64,000 bases of DNA, from the NCBI RefSeq assembly GCF_965214665.1, contig NZ_OZ243970.1:2640767-2704766 (forward strand). The letters are read 5' to 3'. Numbering within the stretch: position 1 is the first letter of the stretch; each line of letters begins with the position of its first letter. The notes under the pieces are model-generated. The model made no database searches. It had not been told where the DNA came from and worked only from the letters and a program-made list of their open reading frames with translations. A program made the translations under genes and the position numbers. This DNA comes from Neolewinella sp. GTDB lineage: Bacteria; Bacteroidota; Bacteroidia; Chitinophagales; Saprospiraceae. Shown here in pieces: positions 1 through 7,650 of the stretch.

Positions 1-9
1 CTCATCCCC

Positions 10-357
10 ATGGCTTTCATTAACGAACTCTTTTCCCCAGAAACCCTTCAGGCCGCTCAGTCTTTCATTGACTACCTCGGCTCCGTTACCCCTCACATTG
101 TTGTGGAGGACATCATCATGCGCGGCCAGGAACTCGCTTCCAACATCGTCGTAGAGGATATCATCATGCGTGGTCACGAGGCCAACATCGTAGTCGAGGA
201 CATCATCATGCGTGGCCAGGAAGTAGCCTCCAACAACATCGTCGTAGAGGACATCATCATGCGTGGCCAGGAAGTAGCCTCCAACAACATCGTCGTAGAG
301 GACATCATCATGCGCGGTCACGAGGCCGGTATTGTGGTCGAAGACATCATCATGTAA
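10..357 (+). CDS. Small repeat protein with a 29-aa unique N-terminus followed by six exact IVVEDIIM octapeptides; candidate multi-core precursor peptide
   Basis: ATG at 10, TAA at 355-357. Octamers lie at 97-120, 145-168, 187-210, 238-261, 289-312 and 331-354. They use five different codon spellings and every difference is synonymous. Spacers are RGQELASN, RGHEAN, RGQEVASNN (x2) and RGHEAG. No signal peptide and no family recognised. Only 9 nt of upstream context is in the window. Confidence 0.6.
   Translation: MAFINELFSPETLQAAQSFIDYLGSVTPHIVVEDIIMRGQELASNIVVEDIIMRGHEANIVVEDIIMRGQEVASNNIVVEDIIMRGQEVASNNIVVEDIIMRGHEAGIVVEDIIM
97..354 (+). repeat. In-frame tandem repeat array (unit 42-51 nt) encoding IVVEDIIM plus a variable spacer, six copies
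   Basis: Direct reading of the sequence. It includes an exact 51-nt-period duplication across about 211-313 (cgtggccaggaagtagcctccaacaacatcgtcgtagaggacatcatcatgcg occurs twice), which suggests recent unit gain. Confidence 0.95.
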
Positions 358-409
358 GAAAACCCTACTCATCATCCATTCTATTCACCGCTTTCTAAAT
401 ACCACTGTC

Positions 410-433
410 ATGGTCGAAGACATCATCATGTAA
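410..433 (+). other. Echo mini-ORF ATG GTC GAA GAC ATC ATC ATG TAA (MVEDIIM*)
   Basis: The 24 nt at 411-434 are identical to 335-358, the 3' end of the repeat ORF including its stop codon. The GTG Val codon of copy 6 reads ATG here. The mini-ORF is in a different frame from the main ORF. Translation is unproven. Confidence 0.3.
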
Positions 434-508
434 GTCAGCAGTATCCCCTGCTCCTTACGCCATCCCCCGGCAATCCTCCTAAAGATGCCCTGCGGTCCAC
501 CGGTAGGT

Positions 509-2068
509 TCACGCCTGCTGCCGTTGTCGCCGCAACTTCCGCCCATCGGGCAGTACGGTATCCAGGTTTTCTAGTACGATCTCCCAAAGACTTTCGTACT
601 GAATGATCTCGGTACTATTAGCACGACCTAGCTTTTTCGCCTGTGGGCTGGTCATCTTCTTATAGATTTTACTTGACTCCCTTACCGTGGCCGCGCGGTG
701 GAAGTGACACTTTTCCGCGGTCAGCAGCAGCTTAAAGAAGCAGTTGTTTCGTAAGTTTTCATTGTTCATCAGATACCGCGTACCGTAACGAGCTAGGGCA
801 TCCGTACGGTCGATGATCTTACCGTACTGCTTCTGAGTGATGAAGTAGATAACCTGAAAGATTAGGATCTGAATGTTCATCCCCTGCTTGTTCTTGGAAT
901 AAGAGGGGACGTTGTTGACAAACTTATAAATTTTGAAATCCGGTAATTTGCCCTTCCGCTTGGAGGGATCGATACGTCCCGCTAACACTAGGAGGTTGAT
1001 GTAAGCTTCTAGAATCAACCAATATTCTACATGCTGCTGTGTAAGCAGATGGTTAAGCACGGCGCGGTCTACCCGCGCAAATTGCTCGTACGCATAGTCG
1101 AAATTTCCAGTTTGAAGTCCAAGCGTAATGGCATATTCGGAAAGCTTAATGTGGTTTATACTGTCGGACGGTACCATTTTCTCGGCGCGTTTTACCTGAA
1201 CGATGCCCTGCGAAAAGTCGCGAAGCTTGATGGAACACTCTACCCGTGTCAGGGCCATTAGGCTCAACGACTGCTTACCGGCACCCTTGCACTTTAGAAG
1301 AACCTGCTCGGCTTGGTTTGCCGTCTCGATGGCACCTACATAATTACCTACCAGGGTAAGCCCGTGCACTTTCATGATGAAGAACATCGCTTGAAGTGCC
1401 GATACGTGGGGGTACTTTTTCACAAGGTGCTCACAGTCAGCAACATACTCTGCTACCTTGGTACCGATTTCTTTGGGTAGTAGCTTATGCGCATACATCA
1501 TACGCCGCATCTCACGGTAGCGACTGGACACTAAGTTCAGCACCCGCTCCGCCTCGGCGTAGTAGTCTGCCATAGCTTGGTACTTAGCAAATCGCTTTTC
1601 GTCGAAGCCGACTCCCAAGTATAGACTGGCTAAAATTGAGGCTAAGCGATGATTGATCGGAAGGATCTCAAAATCCTTAACCCGTCGAAGGGTTGTGTGT
1701 GATAGGTACCTGGCACTGTGCCAGGCTCGCCGAAGCAACAGTAGGTTGATCAAATTCAACTGGCGAAAGCCGTTGATCTGTGCATTATCGTAGTCCCGGT
1801 AGTTTGAGGAGTACACATCCTCGTCCATCACAGCAGTCGTGAGCAAATCCCGAAACCGGTTCTTCAGAGCCCGATAAGCAGGATGCGAGGGGGTGTGTTT
1901 AGGACCGTAAAGCTGAGCTACAATTTGCCCCTCCGTCAAATTATTTTGCTTCACCAGCCGGTGCAGCGCACCAATCATCGAGGGTTTGCCCTTCGTCTGA
2001 GTGATCTTCAGCAGTTTTGTCACCTTTTTTGGGGAGGCGATCACTAACAGCTCGCGTATGTCTTCCAT
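509..2068 (-). CDS. Hypothetical 519-aa all-helical protein with a possible N-terminal HTH; candidate regulator/receptor
   Basis: Long uninterrupted ORF convergent with the repeat-peptide ORF. The N-terminal segment NLTEGQIVAQLYGPKHTPSHPAYRALKNRFRDLL resembles a sigma-70 region 4 / LuxR-type HTH. The remainder is helix-rich, with no TM segment or signal peptide. G+C is clearly lower than in neighbouring genes. Confidence 0.7.
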   Translation of the reverse strand: MEDIRELLVIASPKKVTKLLKITQTKGKPSMIGALHRLVKQNNLTEGQIVAQLYGPKHTPSHPAYRALKNRFRDLLTTAVMDEDVYSSNYRDYDNAQINGFRQLNLINLLLLRRAWHSARYLSHTTLRRVKDFEILPINHRLASILASLYLGVGFDEKRFAKYQAMADYYAEAERVLNLVSSRYREMRRMMYAHKLLPKEIGTKVAEYVADCEHLVKKYPHVSALQAMFFIMKVHGLTLVGNYVGAIETANQAEQVLLKCKGAGKQSLSLMALTRVECSIKLRDFSQGIVQVKRAEKMVPSDSINHIKLSEYAITLGLQTGNFDYAYEQFARVDRAVLNHLLTQQHVEYWLILEAYINLLVLAGRIDPSKRKGKLPDFKIYKFVNNVPSYSKNKQGMNIQILIFQVIYFITQKQYGKIIDRTDALARYGTRYLMNNENLRNNCFFKLLLTAEKCHFHRAATVRESSKIYKKMTSPQAKKLGRANSTEIIQYESLWEIVLENLDTVLPDGRKLRRQRQQA

Positions 2069-2139
2069 GAGTATGTTCCATTTTTGAGCGCTTATCGCTT
2101 CGTGTGGAACGCCTAAGTTACGCTAAATCAAGCGTTTAT

Positions 2140-2167
2140 CAAAAGTAAGGGAGAAGAACCTCCCAAA
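2140..2167 (-). promoter_or_regulatory. Putative Bacteroidetes-type promoter for the 519-aa gene
   Basis: On the minus strand, TACTTTTG (TAnnTTTG -7 box, 2140-2147) and TTTG (2164-2167) are separated by a 16-nt spacer, about 70 nt upstream of the ATG at 2068. This is a motif match only. Confidence 0.25.
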
Positions 2168-2200
2168 AAATAGCTTTACGAAAGGGCGGATTCTGCTTGT

Positions 2201-2229
2201 TTTGTGCCCCCTACACCCCCCTATATTTG
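2201..2229 (+). promoter_or_regulatory. Putative Bacteroidetes-type promoter with no annotated downstream gene
   Basis: TTTG at 2201-2204 and TATATTTG (TAnnTTTG) at 2222-2229, with a 17-nt spacer. It points toward the terminator at 2426-2457. This is a motif match only. Confidence 0.25.
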
Positions 2230-2425
2230 TATCATCGAAAGGGGGAACACCTAAACCCACCCGCCCAAAAGAATCTAAATCTTGAGTTTTATGAAATTGT
2301 GTTTGTTCATAGTGTCTCTTTAGTTATAATTCGCAACCCTTGAATGTGGGGTTAATAGCATCAAAGGAGTGACTGACTTTACTAGCCTCGAGTCAGTTTA
2401 CCGGTTTAGCGAAATTATAGCGACA

Positions 2426-2457
2426 GCGCCAACCGCTTTTCGGTTGGCGCTTTTTTT
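2426..2457 (+). terminator. Rho-independent terminator hairpin
   Basis: GCGCCAACCG (2426-2435), loop CTTTT, CGGTTGGCGC (2441-2450), then TTTTTTT (2451-2457). The 10-bp GC-rich stem is perfect. It lies 45 nt beyond the 3' end of the minus-strand PorP/SprF gene, but the U-tract is on the plus strand. Confidence 0.6.
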
Positions 2458-2501
2458 GTGCCAACTTTAGCGGTAAAGCTACGGAAAAATTTTTTAAGTC
2501 C

Positions 2502-3509
2502 CTACCGGAACATCCCCATACAGTCATTGTACCGGTCTGCATACCGCCGCCGCTGCACCTCGCGGCTATCCCCGAAGTCCACCGCCACACTGAGTTCCAG
2601 GGTAGGTCCCAGACCCCCCGGCACACTACGTAGCCCCGAAATCACCGAGTCGTAGCTCAGGCCCACCTTAAAGACATCCTGCCGGAAGGTCACCGCCCCG
2701 ATAAAGCCGTCCGGATTCCCGAAGGCGTGCCGGTACCACCCCCCCACGGCAAACTGCCCGTAGCCCAAGTAGGCGCCCAGGTTGAGCTGCTGAAACTGCG
2801 CCTGGCTGGTGTAGAGAAAATTAGGCGTCACGTAGACCGGCCGCTGCGGATTCGCGTACCGCTTCACGTCCAGCTGCGTGCCGGCGTGCAGACTGAAGCG
2901 CTGCGGCCGACCGGCGTAGAGGTTGTTGTCCAACTGCAGCAAATTCTCCTCCGGCCGGTTCATGTGCTCGATGCTGAAGCCCGCGTAGAGGTTCTTGACG
3001 TACATGAGGATGCCGGAGCTGAGGTCCACGGAGGTACGCGCCACGCTGGCCAGTTGCTCCTGGGTCACGGTATTATCTCCCGAGGGACTTATCATATCCC
3101 CAAAAATCAAGCCGTTATAATCAATTCGTGTGGTCAGCAGACCGGCGCTCAGTCCGATGCGTGCGTGCAGTTCGTCGGTCACCCGCACGTCGTAGGCGTA
3201 CACCAGTCCGGCCAGGGTATTGGTGTACAGTCCCTCCAGCTGGCGGTCGGTCAGCATCCGAAAGCCGAAACTCGAGGGGCTGCGGTACATCGGCAGCTCC
3301 AGGCTTACGGCCAGGGTCTGGTAAGCACTGGGGTAGCTGGTGTGCTGCGCCCGGTAGTTGGCCGTCACCCGCGGGGCGGCACTCACCCCCGCAAAGGCCG
3401 GGTTAAGCTGCATGGGGGAGGCGTAGAACTGCGAGAACACTGCATCCTGCGCACCCGCCCAGGTAAAACAAAGGAGTAAAGGGGTTAGAGTGTAAAGGAA
3501 ACGGCGCAT
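2502..3509 (-). CDS. PorP/SprF family type IX secretion system membrane protein
   Basis: Signal peptide MRRFLYTLTPLLLCFTWAGAQD followed by FSQFYASPMQLNPAFAG, the family N-terminal motif. It has beta-barrel-like alternating composition. I chose the start at the internal ATG (3509) where the signal peptide begins; the ORF track extends to 3602. Confidence 0.8.
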   Translation of the reverse strand: MRRFLYTLTPLLLCFTWAGAQDAVFSQFYASPMQLNPAFAGVSAAPRVTANYRAQHTSYPSAYQTLAVSLELPMYRSPSSFGFRMLTDRQLEGLYTNTLAGLVYAYDVRVTDELHARIGLSAGLLTTRIDYNGLIFGDMISPSGDNTVTQEQLASVARTSVDLSSGILMYVKNLYAGFSIEHMNRPEENLLQLDNNLYAGRPQRFSLHAGTQLDVKRYANPQRPVYVTPNFLYTSQAQFQQLNLGAYLGYGQFAVGGWYRHAFGNPDGFIGAVTFRQDVFKVGLSYDSVISGLRSVPGGLGPTLELSVAVDFGDSREVQRRRYADRYNDCMGMFR

Positions 3510-3651
3510 GCCTAAAGCTACTCCCATTATGTCCACTATCCAAACGCTTGCATCCGGTAGTCGCCCGTCCGACACCCCCCGTAATGTCGGCCCGCAGAAC
3601 AACGTTTACCCGCCGCCGCTGTATCTTAATTTTGTGCTCCAAGCCCGTCCT

Positions 3652-6600
3652 ATGCTCAAGTTTACCCTGTCTCTCCTTTGTCTCTGTAGCGCCCTTCCGC
3701 TCCTGGCGCAGCAAATCCAGCAGACCCTGCGCTGGCAGGAAGCGCAGACCGTGGAGTGGGAGGGCCAGCGCAGCGCCGTACTGTCCTACCGACTGGGCGG
3801 GGCCCCGATAGCTATCGGGGGTGCAACGAAGAGTGGTGAGGTGCCCGCCTTCGTCCATACCTTCCGCGCCGCCAGTGGAGCGCCGCTGCGTGTCGAAGTG
3901 ACGAGCCTGCAAACCGAGCCATTCACCCCCCCGTCCGCCTTTGCCGCCGAGGTGCCCGAGGCCTTCACCTTCGACTACACGGTGGTGCAGCAACCCGAGG
4001 GCTGGCTGGGCAAGGTGAGCAGCCCGTCGATCATCCGTACCGCGGCGGGCTACGAGCGACTGCTCGCTGTGAACCTGCGGCTAGTGCCGGAGCTCGGACC
4101 TACCTCTGCCGGCCTGCGCTCGGTCGTGGATTTCGCTACCAACTCCGTGCTGCGGGAGGGCGAGATATACCGCTTCGCCATTCCCAAAACGGGAGTATAT
4201 AAGCTGACCCGTGGCTTTCTGGTCGATCAGCTGAAGGTCCTGGGGCTCGATGGAATAGACCCGCGCGACATCAAAATCTATGGACAGGACGGCGGTATGC
4301 TCCCCGAAACCAATAACGCACTGGCCTTCGATGACCTTGTGGAGCAGGCCATCACCATCGAGGGGGAGGACGATGGGAGCTTCGACGGGGGCGACTTTAT
4401 TCTACTCTACGCCGAGGGCCCCGACGACCGGACCTACGACGCGCTGGCCAACCGCTTCGTGTACAGTAAGAACATCTATACTGAGGAGAACTACTATTTC
4501 CTTCAGCTGGGCACGGCCGGGCGGGGACGTCGGGTTACTGCCCTACCCTCCGCGGCGGGCGGCACGGTGGTGGACAGCTACGATGCGCTGTACCGCTTCG
4601 AGGAAGATCGTACCAATGTGTTACACGAGCTAGGACAGGAAAGCAATAGTCACGGATCGGGGCAGACGTGGTTCGGAGAATTCTTTAAGGTGAACCGGGA
4701 GCGGAACTTTTCTGATTTTGCCACCATCCCCGATCTGGTCACCAGTGAGCCGGTGGGGGTACGGGCGCGGATGGGACTACGGGCGACGGCCCCCAGCGGC
4801 TTTTTTCTTACCGTCAACGGGCAGGAAGTCAGCAGTTTTCTGGCCTCGCGCGTCAACTTCGGGGCGCAGGAGCAGCAGTCGGCCGTCGATGTCACTGATC
4901 TGGCCGGCTCCGTCACGCTGGGCAGCGAGCGGGTATCAGTCAAGCTCACCTACCCCATCCCCGCGGCAGCCAGCCAGAGTGAGGGCTGGCTGGACTACAT
5001 CGAGTTGCAGGCACGCCGGCGCCTCAGCTTCGGGGGCCAGGACCAGTTCAACTTTCGCGACACGCGGAGCCGCAACTTCGGCGCGATCACCTATAACCTG
5101 CTTAACCCCCCGGCCGATGCCCGGGTGTGGCGGGTAGATAGCCTGGGCGACGTGCAGCAGGCGACACTAAATGGCAGTAGCTTTTCAGCCCCCGGGCGGG
5201 AACTTTACGAGTACGTCGCCTTTCGTCCGACGGCCGCCCTGCTGACCCCGCGGCCGGTCGGACGGGTAGAGAATCAGAACCTGCACGCGGTGGTCCAGGC
5301 CGACATGATCATCGTCACCCATCCGGACTTCCTCACCCAGGCCGAGCGGCTGGCCGAGCACCGGCGCGAGCACAATGGCTACACAGTACAGTTGGTGACG
5401 ACCCAGCAGATATACAACGAGTTCAGTAGCGGCCGGGACGACGTGGCCGCGATCCGCAACTTCGTGCGTATGGTGTACGAGCGTGACGGGGATCTGCGCT
5501 ACCTCTTGCTGTTTGGCGACGGCAGTTTTGATCACCGCGACGTGTACGGACTGGGGGACAATTTCATCCCCACCTACCAGTACCAGGGGGCCTTTACCGA
5601 GGTGCGCAGTTTTCCGGCCGATGACTTTTTTGGCATTATGGCACCATCGGCAGGCGGTCAGCCCCTCGGCCCCGATCTGAGTGTCGCCGTGGGGCGTTTA
5701 CCGGTAAAATCGGCCGATGAGGCGGGTCCGGTGGTAGAGAAGCTCATCCGCTACGACCGGGATCCCTCCGCCCTAGGGGACTGGCGCACCCGGATGGTCT
5801 TCGTGGGCGACGACGAGGACCAGGGCCGGCACACCATCGACGTGAACCGGGTGGCGAATGCCGTGAAGGCGCGCAAGCCCGACCTCAACTTCGATAAGCT
5901 GTACTTCGACCTCTTTCCGCAACTGAGTCTGAGTGCGGGTGACCGCTACCCCGCCATCACGGAGGGACTGGACCGCGCCGTATTTCGCGGTGCGCTGGCC
6001 GTCACCTATCTCGGTCACGGTGGCCCGCGGGGGTGGGCGCAGGAGCGGGTGCTGACGATTCCCCAAATTCGCAACTGGACGCGGCCGGCCGGTGCGCCCG
6101 ATCCGATCCAACCGCCGGTGTTCATTACGGCTACCTGTACGTTTTCTAACTACGACGACGCCTCCTTCGTCAGTGCCGGCGAGGAGGCACTGCTCACGCC
6201 GCGCGGCGGGGTGATCGCCCTCATGACCACCACCCGCCCCGTTTTTGCTAATCGCAACTATGAGCTGACCGACAATACCGTGCAGGCTATGCTCGACCGT
6301 CCGGACGGCAACTGGCGCAGCCTCGGTGACATCATCCGCATCGCCAAGAATGAGACCACGCCGATCGACCGCGGCTTCCTCAGCGGCGATACGCAGAACG
6401 CCCGCAAGTTCACCCTGCTCGGTGACCCGGCTACCGTGATTGCGCTACCCACCCACGGCGTACGCACTACCATGGTGGATACGATGTCGATCGACGGGGT
6501 ACGTACCGACACCGTCCGTGCCCTCCAGAAGATGCGCATTGGCGGCGAGATCGTCGACGTGAACGGTAACCTACTGGCCGACTTCAACGGCGAGGTATTT

Positions 6601-7554
6601 CCTACCATTTACGATAAGGCCCAGACCATACCCACCCTGCAGCAGGATGGGAGTAGTCCGCTACTCGAAGTGGAGGTGCAGCGCAACATCGTCTTCCGCG
6701 GTCGCGCCACGGTGACCAACGGTAAATTTTCCTTTGAATTCGTGGCACCGCGCGACATCGACTATACCTTCGGTCCGGGCAAAGTGAGCTACTACGCCGC
6801 CGACCGCAGTCAGTTTACCGATGCGGCGGGTTTCTATGATCAGTTGATCATCGGGGGCACCAGTCAGGAGAATGCGGGCAATGACCTTGGTCCTGAGGTA
6901 GAGGTCTACTTTGACGATACCGACTTTATGTCCGGCGGCCAGGTCAGTGAGGACCCCGTACTACTCCTTCACCTCTCTGACGATCTGGGCATCAACGTGA
7001 CCGGCAACAGCATCGGCCACGATCTGGAGGCCACCATCGATGGTGATACCCGCAATGCGATCGTGCTCAACGACTATTACGAGGCCGACGTCGACAATTT
7101 CCGTAGCGGTAAGGTGCGCTATCCCCTTTTCGACCTAGAGCCCGGTCTGCATACCATCAAGGTGCGCGCCTGGGACGTAGCCAACAACAACACCGAAGCC
7201 ACTACTGAATTCATCGTCACCGATGAGCGCGGCGCCTCCCTCACCCACGTATTCAACTATCCCAACCCCTTCACCACCCAGACCTGCTTCCAGTTCGACC
7301 ACAGCCTGATTGGTCAGAATGTGGAGGCCATCGTGCAGATTTACACCGTGAGTGGCCGGCTTGTCAAGACCCTAGAGCAGGGCTTCGACTTCAGTGACGG
7401 CAGCGTACGTCAGGATGACTGTATTGCCTGGGACGGGCTGGATGACTACGGTGATCAGCTGGCGCGCGGGGTGTACTTGTACCAGGTGCGGCTGCGGGGG
7501 GATGGGGTGAATCTGGTGAATGGGGAGTTGGAGAAGTTGGTGATTTTGCGGTAG
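3652..7554 (+). CDS. Peptidase C25 (gingipain-fold) family protein with a T9SS C-terminal sorting domain; PorU-like
   Basis: Signal peptide MLKFTLSLLCLCSALPLLAQQ starts at 3652, and a TAATTTTG -7 box lies at 3627-3634. C25-like segments are present: MIIVTHPDF...AAIRNFV...YLLLFGDGSFD, His in YLGHGGPRGW and Cys in FITATCTFSNYDD. The C-terminal FNYPNPFTTQTCFQFDH...VQIYTVSGRLVKTLE is a Por secretion tail. The size (1300 aa) fits PorU, but no PorV gene is adjacent. Confidence 0.7.
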   Translation: MLKFTLSLLCLCSALPLLAQQIQQTLRWQEAQTVEWEGQRSAVLSYRLGGAPIAIGGATKSGEVPAFVHTFRAASGAPLRVEVTSLQTEPFTPPSAFAAEVPEAFTFDYTVVQQPEGWLGKVSSPSIIRTAAGYERLLAVNLRLVPELGPTSAGLRSVVDFATNSVLREGEIYRFAIPKTGVYKLTRGFLVDQLKVLGLDGIDPRDIKIYGQDGGMLPETNNALAFDDLVEQAITIEGEDDGSFDGGDFILLYAEGPDDRTYDALANRFVYSKNIYTEENYYFLQLGTAGRGRRVTALPSAAGGTVVDSYDALYRFEEDRTNVLHELGQESNSHGSGQTWFGEFFKVNRERNFSDFATIPDLVTSEPVGVRARMGLRATAPSGFFLTVNGQEVSSFLASRVNFGAQEQQSAVDVTDLAGSVTLGSERVSVKLTYPIPAAASQSEGWLDYIELQARRRLSFGGQDQFNFRDTRSRNFGAITYNLLNPPADARVWRVDSLGDVQQATLNGSSFSAPGRELYEYVAFRPTAALLTPRPVGRVENQNLHAVVQADMIIVTHPDFLTQAERLAEHRREHNGYTVQLVTTQQIYNEFSSGRDDVAAIRNFVRMVYERDGDLRYLLLFGDGSFDHRDVYGLGDNFIPTYQYQGAFTEVRSFPADDFFGIMAPSAGGQPLGPDLSVAVGRLPVKSADEAGPVVEKLIRYDRDPSALGDWRTRMVFVGDDEDQGRHTIDVNRVANAVKARKPDLNFDKLYFDLFPQLSLSAGDRYPAITEGLDRAVFRGALAVTYLGHGGPRGWAQERVLTIPQIRNWTRPAGAPDPIQPPVFITATCTFSNYDDASFVSAGEEALLTPRGGVIALMTTTRPVFANRNYELTDNTVQAMLDRPDGNWRSLGDIIRIAKNETTPIDRGFLSGDTQNARKFTLLGDPATVIALPTHGVRTTMVDTMSIDGVRTDTVRALQKMRIGGEIVDVNGNLLADFNGEVFPTIYDKAQTIPTLQQDGSSPLLEVEVQRNIVFRGRATVTNGKFSFEFVAPRDIDYTFGPGKVSYYAADRSQFTDAAGFYDQLIIGGTSQENAGNDLGPEVEVYFDDTDFMSGGQVSEDPVLLLHLSDDLGINVTGNSIGHDLEATIDGDTRNAIVLNDYYEADVDNFRSGKVRYPLFDLEPGLHTIKVRAWDVANNNTEATTEFIVTDERGASLTHVFNYPNPFTTQTCFQFDHSLIGQNVEAIVQIYTVSGRLVKTLEQGFDFSDGSVRQDDCIAWDGLDDYGDQLARGVYLYQVRLRGDGVNLVNGELEKLVILR

Positions 7555-7596
7555 GCGGTAACTCACCGCATTTAATACTACTATGCCAGTAAAATA

Positions 7597-7631
7597 AAAG
7601 GGGCGATCAAGCTGTGCTTGATCGCCCCTTT
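7597..7631. terminator. Bidirectional terminator hairpin between convergent genes
   Basis: AAAGGGGCGATCAAGC, loop TGT, GCTTGATCGCCCCTTT form a perfect 16-bp stem with A/T runs on both sides. It lies between the stops at 7554 (+) and 7651 (-). Confidence 0.65.
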
Positions 7632-7650
7632 ATAGTTAGGAAGCGTGGTC

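Noticed and set aside
211-313. An exact 51-nt-period tandem duplication that could be taken for a CRISPR-like or non-coding VNTR array
   Set aside because: It is in frame inside the repeat-peptide ORF and encodes spacer plus octamer units. There are no unique spacers of CRISPR type and no cas genes in the window.
2291-2323. The 10-codon ORF MKLCLFIVSL inside the candidate small transcript
   Set aside because: It is too short to support as a CDS from sequence alone, and I cannot assess conservation. It is mentioned only within the sRNA/micro-ORF finding.
3508-3651. The 48-codon N-terminal extension of the PorU-like ORF, which would overlap the porP/sprF start
   Set aside because: The extension lacks signal-peptide character. 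A classic signal peptide begins at the ATG at 3652, and a TAATTTTG -7 box lies inside the extension (3627-3634). For similar reasons I trimmed the pirin, YraN, two-TM protein, receiver 2, heme oxygenase, pseB, pseG/H, GT4 and Wzy-like ORFs to internal starts.
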